Shown here one piece after another: positions 24,771 through 36,405 of a stretch of DNA of 64,000 bases (within the stretch, counting starts at the first letter, position 1; the number at the start of each line of letters is the position of its first letter). A model generated the notes under the pieces. That model searched no databases. It worked only from the letters and a program-made list of their open reading frames with translations, and was not told the DNA's origin. The translations under genes were made by a program, and so were the position numbers. The stretch spans positions 42,472,001 through 42,536,000 of the forward strand of contig CM059432.1 of the NCBI GenBank assembly GCA_030390025.1, in the 5' to 3' direction. Source of the DNA: Squalus acanthias (lineage: Eukaryota).

Positions 24771-25348
24771 TACGTTTGTCTATTTTATCCTATTCAAGTT
24801 CTCTATTAGTAGCTTCTTTACTGTGACATTGGTAGCATCCTATTCTTTCGTGAAGAAAGATGCAAAGTACTCATTCAGTACCTCAGCCATGCCATCTGCC
24901 TCCACAAGGAGATCTCCATTTTGGTCCTTAATTGGCCCCACCCTTCCCTTGGCCACCCTTTTACTGTTTATATGTTTATAAAAGACTTTTGGGTTCCCTT
25001 TTATTATCCTCTAATTTATTCTCATACACTCTTTTTGCCCCTCTTATTTCCATTTTTAATTCTCCCCCGTACTTTTTGTACTCAGCTTGACTTATGAACC
25101 CGACATTTATCATGAGCTTCCTTTTTCTGTTTCATTTAAATCTCTATGGTCGTGAAATTCTTCCTCTTAGCACCAGCATTTAAGGCCAGCTTTGGCAGAA
25201 AAATGTCGGCCACTTCCGGCGCGGTCTGCGGTGGTCGCCATTTTGGACAGGTCGGTAGCGCGGTCGTTGGCTGCATTCAGCAGAAGAAAGCTAATGAGGC
25301 AGATCGTGACATCAATCAGCATGCAACGCTGATTTGTCGCATGACCTG

Positions 25349-26108
25349 AATGGCAATAGATTGGGAAAAGGGGAACTGCAACGAGATCTGGGAGTCCTTG
25401 TGCACCAGTCGCTGAAGGTAAGCATGCAGGTGCAGCAGGCGGTTAAGAAGGCAAATGGTATGTTGGCCTTCATAGCGAGAGGATTCGAGTACAGGAGCAA
25501 GGATGTCTTGCTGCAGTTGTACAAGGCCTTGGTGAGACCACACCTTGAGTATTTTGTGAAGTTTTGGTCACCTTATCTGAGGAAGGATGTTCTTGCCATG
25601 GAGGAAGTGCAGCGAAGATTTACCAGATTGATACCTGGGATGGCAGGAATGACGTATGAAGAGAGATTGGGTCGATTAGGCTTATACTCGCTAGAGTTTA
25701 GAAGAATGAGAGGGGATCTCATTGAAACTTATAAAATTCTAACAGGACTAGACAGACTAGATGCAGAAAGGATGTTCCTGATGGCGGAGGAGTCCAGAAC
25801 CAGAGGTCACAGTCTAAGGATAAGGGGTAAGCCATTTAGGACTGAGATGTGGAGGAATTTCTTCACCCAGAGAGTGGTGAACCTGTGGAATTCTCTACCA
25901 CAGAAGGCAGTTGAGGCCAATTCATTAAATATATTCAAGAAGGAGATAGATATATTTCTCAAGGCTAAAGGGATCAAGGGATATGGGGAGAAAGCAGGGA
26001 CAGGGTACTGAATTTGGATGATCAGCCATGATCTCATTAAATGGCGGAGCAGGCTCGAGGGGCCGAATGGCCTACTCCTGCTCCTCTCTTCTATGCTTCT
26101 ATGCTTGT
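25349..26108 (+). mobile_element. CR1 3' fragment nested in Harbinger
   Basis: RT C-terminus plus tail; ATGACCTG duplicated at 25341-25348 and 26109-26116; empty-site homolog at about 59690-59712. Confidence 0.92.
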
Positions 26109-26401
26109 ATGACCTGCTATTTTGGTTGTTGCCGCTCAACTGCACGACCTCTCCAAAGCATGCACAGCTGAACATGCGTTCAGCTGCATGAGCAATGCCC
26201 ACCAGCGATATTTAAAGGGATCATCAACAACTTGCAGGTAACTTGATTTTTGATTTCTACTGGCTCTGTGTAAGTTTGTGCAACTGTTTGGAGCTTTCTA
26301 CAGTTATTTAAAGTTAGTGAGGTGACAGGGAGTGGTACTGCAAGTGGAGAAGGCCTCGCTTCTGAATTTAAGGGATCTGCTCAGATCACTTGCTCCCAGT
26401 C

Positions 26402-27581
26402 ATGGGGGCTCTACTTGCAGTCCCCCTGGCACTGCAGCATGACAAGGAGATGGAGCAGAGGCTGCAAAGAGGAGGACAAGCTGCTCGCAGAGGGAGGAGG
26501 AGGAGAGGCAGGTGGGCCCTCAGCAGGAGGCCTTACCCACCTAGGGTCATCTGAGAGCACTTCTCCGACCTGCACTTAAGCCAGGAGCAGTGTATTCGAA
26601 GGCTCCGCTTCACCAAGCAGTTTGTCACAGAACTCTGCCACCCCTTGGAACGAGACCTATAGCCTCAGAACAGGGGGATGACGGCGCTGCCAGTGGCCCT
26701 CAAGGTGACCGAGGCACTGAATTTTTTTGCCACCGGATCCTTCCAGTCTGGAGCAGGCGACATAGCTAACGTCTCCCAGTTCACCGTCCATCGCTGCATC
26801 CGGGAGGCCATAGAGAGTCTGTACTCCAGGAGAAGGGACTTCATTATCCTCTCTCTGAACAGAGAGATGCAGGAGGAGCGCGCATTTGGCTTTGCCAGGA
26901 TATCAGGCTTCCCCATGGTGCAGGGCGCCATTGACTGCACGCGTGGCCTTTTGGGCACTGCATATCAATCCTGAGATGTACCGCAACCACAAAGGCTACC
27001 AATCACTTAATGTGCATTTGGCGTTTGACCACGGCCTACACATCATGATGGTGAATACCCTATATCCTGGCAGCAGTCGGGATGCCTTCAGTCTGTGCCA
27101 GTCTGATGTGCCAGCAATCTTTCAGCCACCACGTCGAACCCAAGGGTGGCTGCTTGGAGACAAGGACTATCTGCTCTACACCTTGCTGATGACTCCCCTC
27201 CGCAACCCCACCACTCGGGGCCAGCAGTCATTTCACGACAGCCATGCTGTCACAAGGAACTTCATCGAGCAGACCATCGGGGTGCAAAAGCAATGGTTCC
27301 ACTGCCTTGACTGCTCGGGAGGAGCCCTCCAGTACACACCGGAGTGGGTGTCCCATTTCGTGGTGGTCTGCTGCATCCTCCACAACTTGGCCATCATGAG
27401 GCCGCAGCCCTTGTCACCACGGGTTCGGTGACCACGTCAGGAAGAGGAGGAGGAGGAGGAAGAGGAGGAAAAAGAGGAGGAGGAAGAGGAAGAGGAAGAG
27501 GAAGGGAGGAGGCAGGCAGCAAATCCCCGTTCCGGATGGGCTGTCCGTGATCACGTAATCAGACCCTGGTTCCAAAGAATG
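26402..27581 (+). pseudogene. HARBI1-like Harbinger transposase pseudogene
   Basis: VALKVTEALNFFATGSFQ, GFPMVQGAIDCT, GWLLGDKDY, IEQTIG, CCILHNLA; stops and frameshifts. Confidence 0.9.
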
Positions 27582-27751
27582 AAACCCCAGCTCCCTGTTG
27601 CTCAATACTTCCCCACCTTATCATCCCTCTGTCATGGAACATCGCAGCGTCCTCTTGGGCACAATGCTGAAATGAGAGCCACCATATAACAAACATTCCA
27701 AACATAATTTATGAATGATTCAATCCAGTACTACATAACAAATTCAATTAA

Positions 27752-29675
27752 TCACCCTTCTGCATTCCCTTAGTGTCTGCTTTTCATGTTCCTTTGCCTA
27801 TTCTAGTGCTCCTGCGCAGTGCTACCCCAATGGCTGCATTATGGCTGGTGGAAGGCTGCTGAATTTCCATGGATGAGACTGCAGATAGCATTGCAGGATA
27901 ACCTCAAGCAGCTCTGGGCCTAGAAGGCCCGGCTGTAGACTGCATTACCTCGGCATGGGCGGCAGCAGTCTGGGATGGCTGGCTGGTTGCTAGGCAGCAG
28001 CAAGGGCACTGGTGGAGTGGCAGTGGTGGGAGTACGAATGCTGTCATCCTGATAGAGGACAGCAGGTTCTTGCTCCACGGAGCCACTGCCATTCCCCTGG
28101 GGCGGCGCCTCAGCATTTCTAGCCATCTGTTGGAGGACAGATTGCTGGACTGCTGTGAGACCCTGCAAGCCCCTTTCTGTGTTCATAAACCCGGCCACGA
28201 TGGCATCAGTCCGAGCTTGCATGGCACCAAACTGAGCCTGCGTGAGAGCAGTTTGAGCTTCCACTGCAGCCCTCAGACGTTGAGTCGCTTCCACCTGTGC
28301 TGCAATGGAAGCTGCAGCATCACCCATCACACCCAGCATCATGGTTGAGTCCACAAGTGCTCTAACGGAGTTGTCCATCACTTCCATCCTGGAAATCATG
28401 GGCTCCAAGCTCCACGTAAAGCCCCATGCAATGTTGGAGCCGGACTCCTCCATGCTCCTTGACAGTGACTGGAGGCTGCCTGGCAGACCAACCATTGCAC
28501 CAAGCATTTCTGTGTGCATGCCCATTACCCTTCTTCTGAAGGCTGCCCCATCGAATCCTCATCTGAGTCCTGTGCAACAGAACTTGTGTGCGAACTCGCC
28601 CTCCAGGGCACTGGCACCTGAGCTACCCTTTCCCCCTGGCCTGGCTGCAGCCCACTCGTGCCCAGTGACTCACCACGTGCAGATCCCGCCTCTATACTAC
28701 CCTCTAAAGTTCACACAGTGCCATTTTCTGAGCTGGTGCCTGGGAGTGTCAGATCGAGTGATGGTGCCTCTTCTTCCCCATCACTCTCCTCCTTTGGTTG
28801 CTCGGGGACAGGCTGGGCTGCTGGCAGTTCTTGGGTAGCTGAAAGGAGAAAGGCACAAGGGTCGGGTTGTGGTGAGGGGAGGCAGGGAAACAAGATGTGC
28901 ATGCTTACACCATCAGCAGGATGTAAGTGAGAAGAGATTGTGCAATGAGGGGAAAGTGGGATGTGAGAAGAAGGATTAGGTATGAGCATAAAGTCATCAG
29001 CAATGCTTTCAACCTCGCCACTCGCCAGGGCATTAGCAACAGCCCCTCCAATTATCTCCAGCACAGTCTCCTCCAGCGCAGTAAGGTTCTGCAGATGTGC
29101 TTCACCCCTGTTTGTTTGTTGCTGCCCACAGCGGTTGTGAGCCATCTTGGCCTGCAGGAGAAAGGGAAGTGTGTCAGAGAGTGTGGTGCAATGTATTTGG
29201 GTGATGTACCTGTCATGGTTGAATAGCTGACATTGTGTGCAAGGTGTGAAATGTGGGTGTGAGGCTTGCAATAGTGGTAAGTGTGTGAGGGTTAGGTGAA
29301 GCTATGATTGTGAGGTATGAGTCATGATTGCTAGAAATTCTTGGTAGCTGAGTGATGGGGGTGTGGTGCTTCGAACAGTGTGTGAGGCTAGTGGTGCAGA
29401 TGTGGGATATGGCATTTGAAGATGCATTCACTCAACTTGATCACTCGTGTGAGGTTATTAAACTTCTTGCGGCACTGGATCCATGTCCTGGGGGCAACAC
29501 TGCTGGCACTGATGGCTTGGGCTATCTCCTCCCACTGCCTTCTGGTGTTCTGTGTGGAAGGCCTCCTGCCCCTCTGCGGGTACAGGATCTGATGTCTTCT
29601 GTGCACCCCCAGGACCAAGGCCGCCAGTGCCGCATTTGAGAAGCGCTGTGTCCTTCCTCTTCCCTGTTGCGACAT
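27752..29675 (-). pseudogene. Harbinger Myb/SANT partner pseudogene (multi-exon)
   Basis: RFSNAALAALV...WEEIA...RTWIQCRKKFNNLTR; exon 2 AKMAHNR; exon 3 GMHTEMLGAM; homologous to 32271-34396. Confidence 0.85.
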
Positions 29676-31358
29676 GACTGCATCCAGTGACAATGAGGTG
29701 CTTCTGCGACAAAGCATCTCCCCTTTAAGAAGTGCAGAGAGCCTAGGCAAAATTTTATAGCCAGTAGACTGCACCCGATATTGCCCCCCTCTTGCTCACT
29801 GAACCAAACAGCAGCGTATTTAGTGCTGAGCTCAGCACTCCAATCATGTAATGAGCAGGCAGCACGAATTTTGCGTGCTGCCTGCACCGCTTTGAACGGG
29901 CGCGGGCAGATCGCGCTTCTCGATCCCTGCACCTGTTTTTGGGCCGAATCCAATTACACCCCCTATATCTTTAGTCATCCAGAGAGCTCTAGCTTTGGAT
30001 GCCCTTCCTTCCCCCCATCATGGGACTGTGTCTAGTCTGTACCCAACCTCTCTTCTCTTTGAAGGCCTCCCATGACTCATTTATCATATACCTGCCAATC
30101 TTTGATTCCAATCCACCAGGGCCAGATCCCTTTTCAACTCCAGTTGAGTATTTTCACATTGGATTTTTTCTTTTCCTTTTCCATAACTACTCTAAACCTA
30201 ATAATATTGTGATCACTCTTTCCCAAATGATATCCCACTGAAACATGCTCTAGTTGGCCTACTTCATTCCCCAGAACTAGATCCAGCATTGCTTCCTTCC
30301 TCGTTGGGCTGGAAACATACTGATCAAGAAAGTTCTCTTGCACACATTTCAGGAATTCCTCCCCTCTTTGCCCTTACTGCAATAACTGGAGGATCACTTT
30401 ACATAGCGTGAGTGAAGGCTGCTTCTGCCACGATTTACTGGATAGGTTTAGGAAGTGACGTTTTAGGTGCACAAGTACACCAATTTTACAAAAGAGTCCC
30501 GATTCAGGTGCAGGACCCTTATTAACATATTGCTTGAATTTGTTTTAGGTAGCCACATATTATTAGTCAAATTGTTCTGATTTTTTTTACTGTATTCTGA
30601 GAATATTCCTTCCACTGCAGTAGGCTTCTCGAGGGGCAATGCTTCTAATTAGACATTCAAAATAAAACACTTCCTGAAATAAGACTGAGAACAAAGAACA
30701 TTTACCTTTTTCTTAAATTTAGCGGGGGATCATTACGATACAAAATCCAGATGAAGACAGATTCAGACAAATTGCTGAATCAGGGCCCCTGCCTAAATGC
30801 TCACCTGATTTAGTCAAATACAATCTATTCAATAACTGCTTCTGGCCTGTGTAATTTATGACTGTCCTGCACATTTGGAAAGGAGGGGAAGTCATGAATA
30901 GATACCACACAGAGATGGTCATTAACAGTGTTTACATCTAATTGTTCTTTGAGCAAGATTTTAAAAAGTAATCATAGTCCTAAGGGCTTTAGCAATGCAT
31001 CCAGCTTAATTACTATACATAAAGCATTTTTAGTAACCTGGAGTCAAAAATTGTCATTGTATTTAATGTAGCCAGTATATCTATTCAATTTTTACCTTCA
31101 CTGAAATATGTTCTTAAGTTCCATTTCTGCTACAATTAAATCTGATTGACATGCTGAGATAAATGTGTGGTTTTCATTTTAATCCAAACAATTAAATTAT
31201 TTCTTTCAATTGTTTTATTTAGAGGAATGCAAAAACTATTTAAGGTCTTTAGTTATTTAAAAGGGTTATTGGAAAAGTCTTGCTAATATTTTGCAAATAA
31301 TGGTCAGCCTTGACTCAGTGCTCTTACCATTGCATCAGAAGGTTGTGAGTTCAAACTT

Positions 31359-31720
31359 TTGAGAGGGTGCAGAAGAGATTTACGAGAATGGTTCCAGGGA
31401 TGAGGGATTACAATTACATGGATAAACTGGAGATTCTGGGGTTGTTCTCCTTAGAGCAGAGAAGGCTAAGAGGAGATTTGATTGAGGTGTTTAAAATCAT
31501 GTAGGGTTTAGATAGAGTAAATAAAGAGAAACTGTTTCTAATGGCTGAAGGGTCGATAATCAAAGGGCACAGATTTAAGGTGATTGGCAAAAAAAAGAGG
31601 CAACATGAGGAAAAACCTTTTTCGCAATGAGTGGTTTGGATTTGGAATGCACTACCTGATAGGGTGGTGGATACAGATTCAATTATAGCCTTCAAAAGGG
31701 AATTGGATAAATACTTGAAG
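31359..31720 (+). mobile_element. CR1 3' ORF2 fragment
   Basis: LERVQKRFTRMVPG...EQRRLRGDLIEVFKIM; ends where a younger CR1 5' end begins. Confidence 0.85.
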
Positions 31721-32270
31721 GAGTCGAGCAGCGGCAGCAGCGGGAGCGGCGGCAGAATTCGAGAGTGACGTCACAGTACAGAAAGTTACGCCGGCGCAGG
31801 GGAAGAAGCTGATTGGTGAGTAGTGGGTGAGTGCTTTTATTTTTCTTCAATTTTAAGTTTATTTCTTTTAAGGCAGTTCATAGTTAAGGTAGTTCGGGAG
31901 AGTGAGAATCCAAGGGGTAGAAATTAGGTCGCGCCCCATTTGGGGCGCAAATATCGTCCGTGCGCAAATATTAGCGCCTGGCGCTAATTATCGGCACTGA
32001 CAGGAAACTTCACTTTTACCGCCCCGGGAGGTGAGTGGAGCGCTAAATTAGGCGCTGCACACCTCTCTTAAGGCGCAAAGGCCTAGGAGTGAGGCGCTAC
32101 CTCAGCGCACGAGCGCAGCGCAGCTGCTGCCAGTTAGCGAGGGAACACAGACACACTGGCGCCGGACACTTCTTAAAGCGGGGGGGGCCACTTGCTCCCC
32201 AGCCACACCCTGCTCATTGCAGCCTTGAATCTCAGCCTGGAGAGACCTGTAATCCATTTTGCTGCCAAGC

Positions 32271-34396
32271 ATGGAGAGGGTGAGAGAACGCGCTCATCGC
32301 TTCACCGAGCGGGCCTTGGATGCTCTGGTTGACGCAGTGGAGCGCAGACGATGCATGCTGTTCCCGGAGAGTGGCAGGAGGCCTTTGCCACGCGAGTTCA
32401 GAAGAGTGTGGAGGGAGGTGGCTCAGAGCGTCTCCTCCAGGAGCATGGTGCCCAGGACCCATGTCCAGTGCCGCAAAAAGTTCAACGACCTCACTCGGGT
32501 CGTCAGGGTGAGTGGCTTTTTCTCAATACCTCTCCATCCCTCCATCTCAACCTCACTCTATGGCCAGAGGGTCTTAAAACCCCAATGCACAACACTCATG
32601 CAACACCTATGGCCCTTTCATCAAACACACACACACATTCCACACTTTGCATACAGTAAGGGCTATTCACCTATGGGAGGCACATCAGGCAAGACCATGG
32701 CTGCATATTGTAAGGGCTATTCACCTATGGGAGGCACATCAGGCAAGACCATGGCTGCATATTGTAAGGGCTATTCACCTATGGGAGGCACATCAGGCAA
32801 GACCATGGCTGCATATTGTAAGGGCTATTCACCTATGGGAGGCACATCAGGCAAGACCATGGCTGCATATTGTAAGGGCTATTCACCTATGGGAGGCACA
32901 TCAGGCAAGACCATGGCTGCATATTGTAAGGGCTATTCACCTATGGGAGGCACATCAGGCAAGACCATGGCTGTATATTGACTCAGATGCTGTCCTTTTT
33001 CTTGCAGGCTAAGCTGGCTCATAATCGGAGACAGCAGCAACGGACGGGTGGAGGGCGGCTTCAACTGCAACCCCTCAGCGATCTGGAGGAGCGCGTCCAC
33101 AGGATTGTGGCAAGCCGGGTGATCGGTCCCGTCGCCACTGGAGACGCCGACCCCGTTGTGGACAGCAATGGTAAGGTCATCACCTTTTTGTCCTCTGTCC
33201 TTCCACTTGTCCCTCACAATACCAGCCTTTGACACTTTCAATCCAACTTGCTAACTCGCTGCACTTATTCCTCCCTTACTGCCACCCTGTCCTCACGCTA
33301 AAGCCACTCTTGTACCTCCCTGCTTTCAGATGGTGATTCACCAGCTGAGGAGATGGTCCCTGAAGCTGCCACTGGGAGTGATGCTGCAGCTGAGGAGGAA
33401 GAGGAAGCCGGAGCATCAGTGCCACCCTCTCCCGAGGAAGCCCATGGCCACACTGGGAACACGCCTTCCCCGGAGGGGAGCAGGGGGGAAGGGGCTGATG
33501 ATGGTGAAGTTCCAGGACCCAGCGGGCTGCAGCAACGCCATTGGGGGGGGAGGGAAGAACGGGGGAGCAGGGGGGAAGGGGCTGATGATGGTGAAGTTCC
33601 AGGACCCAGCGGGCTGCAGCCACGCCATGGGGGGGGGAGGGAAGAACGGGAGCCTTCTCCCCAGAGGGAGAGTATGCCAGACACTCCTAATGCAATGGAC
33701 GCAGAGGAGGAGCGGCTGATTGCAGAAATGAACAGCCAGGCGGTGGGCATGCACACTGAGCTCATGGGTGCAGTGGGAAGGGTGCCCGAATGCATTGAGG
33801 CACTGGCAAGGAGTGTGGAGCACTTCGCTGTAGCACAGGCGGATGCCACACTAAAGCTTACTGCTGCAATTCAGTCACTGGCTGCCAGGAATCCATCTGA
33901 GACTGCTCTCATGCAGACTCAGATTGAGGCCACGCGAGCACTGACTGCTGCCATCCTCGATGGTTCGTGCACATGTCCCCGGGGCTGTCACCGCGCCGCA
34001 GCAGGCCAGCAATCTGTTCTCCGGCAAATTGCTCCGGATGCTGAAGTGCTGCCCCGTGGGAGTGCCAGTGTGTCGGGCGAGCAGGGAGTTGCTGTCCTCT
34101 CTCACGATGACAGCATTCCTGCTGCCAACACTGTCACTTCTCCACTGCACTTGCCACCGCCTGTAGGACAGACTGCTGCCGCCCATGCAGAGTTGGTGCA
34201 GTCTGCAGCCGGGCCCTCCAGGCCCAGAAGTGGTCGAGGCCGTCCTTCAGGGGCATCTGCAGTGTCAGGGTCTGACAAGCAGCAGCCTTCCACCAGCCTT
34301 GCTGCAGCCACTGAGGTCCCATTACGGAGGAGCAGTAGGGTTAGAAGGGGGGAAGTGCGCAAGGGAAGGAGATCACCCTCGAAGGGCAAAAAGTAG
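32271..34396 (+). CDS. Harbinger Myb/SANT-like (trihelix) DNA-binding protein, 3 exons: 32271-32507, 33008-33170, 33330-34396; 488 aa
   Basis: RFTERALDALV...WREVA...RTHVQCRKKFNDL motif; GT-AG introns (AGG|GTGAGT..TTGCAG|, G|GTAAGG..TTTCAG|) join in frame (237+163+1067 nt); RTGGG motif; basic C-terminus. Confidence 0.88.
32656..32979 (+). repeat. 54-bp minisatellite x6 in Myb-gene intron 1
   Basis: Unit GTAAGGGCTATTCACCTATGGGAGGCACATCAGGCAAGACCATGGCTGCATATT; five identical units, one substitution in the sixth. Confidence 0.97.
33476..33649 (+). repeat. 87-bp in-frame tandem duplication in Myb exon 3
   Basis: GSRGEGADDGEVPGPSGLQxRHxGGREER x2; single copy in the sister element. Confidence 0.93.
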
Positions 34397-34690
34397 GAGG
34401 TGTGCCAAAATGCTGGTCATTTTTTTATTAAAGGCCGAGGTTCATGGCCCAACTTTTGTTTAGTGTTTTGGACATTATCTCCAGGTTGTGAGAACCAGTT
34501 ATGTTATTGACTGTTTTTTTGTGTTTATTTCTATGAGTTTGTCATGAGGAATTGACACACACAGAGTTTGTACAATAAATAAGTTTCTGTATTCAAAATA
34601 TACATGGCTGGTGGTTGGAATTATTGGTGCCTTGGCCGGCTTAGGGGTTGCGTGCTGGGTTGATTCGTGTTTGTAGCACTGGCAGGGGCC

Positions 34691-35851
34691 CTAGAAGCGG
34701 CTTGCTATTAGTCGTTGACGGACGGCCCTTGCAGTTTGACCATTGTGGGCCGCCCTCCTGCCTTGGTGCTGCTGCTGATCATCGTCCTCGGCCTGTTCCT
34801 CCTCTTCCTCCTCCTCCTCTTGTGGTGCTGCAAGGCCTGGTGGCATTGGCTGCGTCCTGAGGATTGCCATGTTGTGCAACATGCAGCACACCACTACGAA
34901 TTTGGAAACTTGCTCAGGCAAGTACTGCAGGGCTCCTCCGGAATGGTCCAGACAGCGGAATCGTTGTTTGAGCACGCCGATTGTGCGCTCAATAATGTTC
35001 CTCGTTGCTTGTTGGCTTTCCTGGTACCGCAGCTCAGCAGGGGTGTTTGGCGCACGGAGCGGTGTCATCAGCCAGGTGCTCAATGCGTACCCCTTGTCCC
35101 CCAGAAGCCAACCAACTGGCTGATGCGGTGCCTCGAAAATTTCTGCCACAGTACTCTGGCGCAGGATGAAAGCATCGTGGCAGCTGGCCGGATAGTGGGC
35201 ATTGACAGCGAGAATCACCTGTCTGTGGTCACAGACCAACTGCACATTCAAGGAATGGAACCCCTTTCTGTTCCGGAACTCCTCTGCATTCTCTCGCGGA
35301 GCACGCAAAGCCACATGCGTGCAGTCAATGGCGCCCTGCACCATGGGGAAGCCCGCTACCCTCGCAAAGCCCATAGCACGGTCATGCTGCTTGTCTGGGG
35401 TCATAGGGAAGGAGATGAAGTCTCGTCTCCTTGTGAAGAGGGCATTGGTGACCTGCCGGATGCAGCGATGCACCGCAAACTGGGAGATATTGGCGAGGTC
35501 CCCAACAGCAGCTTGGAATGAGCCAGTGGCGTAGAAGTTCAAGGCCACTGTGACCTTCACTGCCACCGACAGAGACGTCCTGGACCTCAGCTGAGGCTGC
35601 AGATCTGGCTGCAGCAGGTGGCAGAGCTCAGTGACCACCTCCTTGCTGAATCGCAGCCTTCGCAAACACAGCTCCTCGGACATGTGGATGTAGGAGAGCT
35701 GTTCACGATATACCCTGGGAGGGTAAGCTCTCCTGTACATGCGCCTGTTGGGCCTCCTCCGTCTGGCCATCATTGCCACTCTCTGTCTGCGTCTCACTCT
35801 CCTCCGATTGAGCTGGAGCAGGACGACGCCCCCAATCATTGCAGCCCCCAT
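34691..35851 (-). CDS. HARBI1-like Harbinger DDE transposase, 386 aa
   Basis: Uninterrupted ORF with GAIDCTHV, NRKGFHSLNVQLVCD, HDAFIL, LLGDKGY, IERTIGVLKQRFRCL, CCMLHN. Confidence 0.95.
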   Translation of the reverse strand: MGAAMIGGVVLLQLNRRRVRRRQRVAMMARRRRPNRRMYRRAYPPRVYREQLSYIHMSEELCLRRLRFSKEVVTELCHLLQPDLQPQLRSRTSLSVAVKVTVALNFYATGSFQAAVGDLANISQFAVHRCIRQVTNALFTRRRDFISFPMTPDKQHDRAMGFARVAGFPMVQGAIDCTHVALRAPRENAEEFRNRKGFHSLNVQLVCDHRQVILAVNAHYPASCHDAFILRQSTVAEIFEAPHQPVGWLLGDKGYALSTWLMTPLRAPNTPAELRYQESQQATRNIIERTIGVLKQRFRCLDHSGGALQYLPEQVSKFVVVCCMLHNMAILRTQPMPPGLAAPQEEEEEEEEQAEDDDQQQHQGRRAAHNGQTARAVRQRLIASRF

Positions 35852-36405
35852 CTTCTCTTTGCCAGAAAAGTAATGAGGTACAGCAACGAAAGTAGCAGCA
35901 AAGTTAGGATGAACTAGGCAAAACTACCTCACAAAGCGTTGAGTCAATGTAGAAGTCTCTCTCTCTCTCTCTCCGAATCTCTCTCTCTCTCTCAGAACGA
36001 GTGGTGCATAAATGTCGACCACAGAAAAAGACAGGAAGAGGCCCCCTTTAAATAGCGCCCCCCCCCAGCCCCACACCGATTGATAACGTTCCAGTCTTCC
36101 GGTCGTTGGAAGCGCCAGGCGGTAAGGCAGGGGGCGCCACTCAATTTCCGCTCCGGGGCGCCCCAAGGGCGTTGCACCACGGACTGACGTCACAATCTGC
36201 GCGCGCAGGTGGTCGCAGCGGTAAGTTTTAGCGCCGCCGCACAATCTCAAGTTAAGTTCTCGAGCGGCGCAAACAGCGCTGCGCCCGGGCGTTAGCGCCT
36301 TAACGCCCCATTAGCGCCCATTTAAGGCGCTAACGGGAGGCGCAACCAACTGAATTTTTACCCCCAAGAGTTTAAATTTGAGGTAAGAGTTTTTTAATTA
36401 AAAGT

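Larger units (their letters stand above)
25148..29963 (+). mobile_element. Full-length decayed Harbinger transposon (second family)
   Basis: Ends GGTCGTGAAATT and (rc) GGGGGTGTAATT, TAT TSD on both sides; convergent transposase and Myb pseudogenes. Confidence 0.9.
24771..30380 (-). mobile_element. Old CR1 ORF2 fragment split by the Harbinger at 25148-29963
   Basis: 24771-25147 and 29964-30380 rejoin as ...AATCTCTAT|ATCTTTAGTCATCCAG, colinear with CR1 at about 5330-5360; LDLVL and SDHN APE motifs. Confidence 0.8.
31914..36364 (-). mobile_element. Apparently intact autonomous PIF/Harbinger DNA transposon (4451 bp)
   Basis: TIRs GGGGTAGAAATT / GGGGTAAAAATT (11 of 12 match), CAA TSD (31911-31913, 36365-36367), two intact convergent genes. 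Confidence 0.95.

Noticed and set aside
32656..32979. CRISPR-like array
   Set aside because: Head-to-tail identical units with no unique spacers, no cas genes, eukaryotic context; it is a minisatellite.
34715..35521. 268-aa antisense ORF and other antisense ORFs over LINE and transposase genes
   Set aside because: Shadow frames of real coding sequence with no independent motifs.
34691..35851. Domesticated host gene HARBI1
   Set aside because: Lies within TIRs and a TSD next to a Myb partner, with several related copies in the window; it is a transposon gene.
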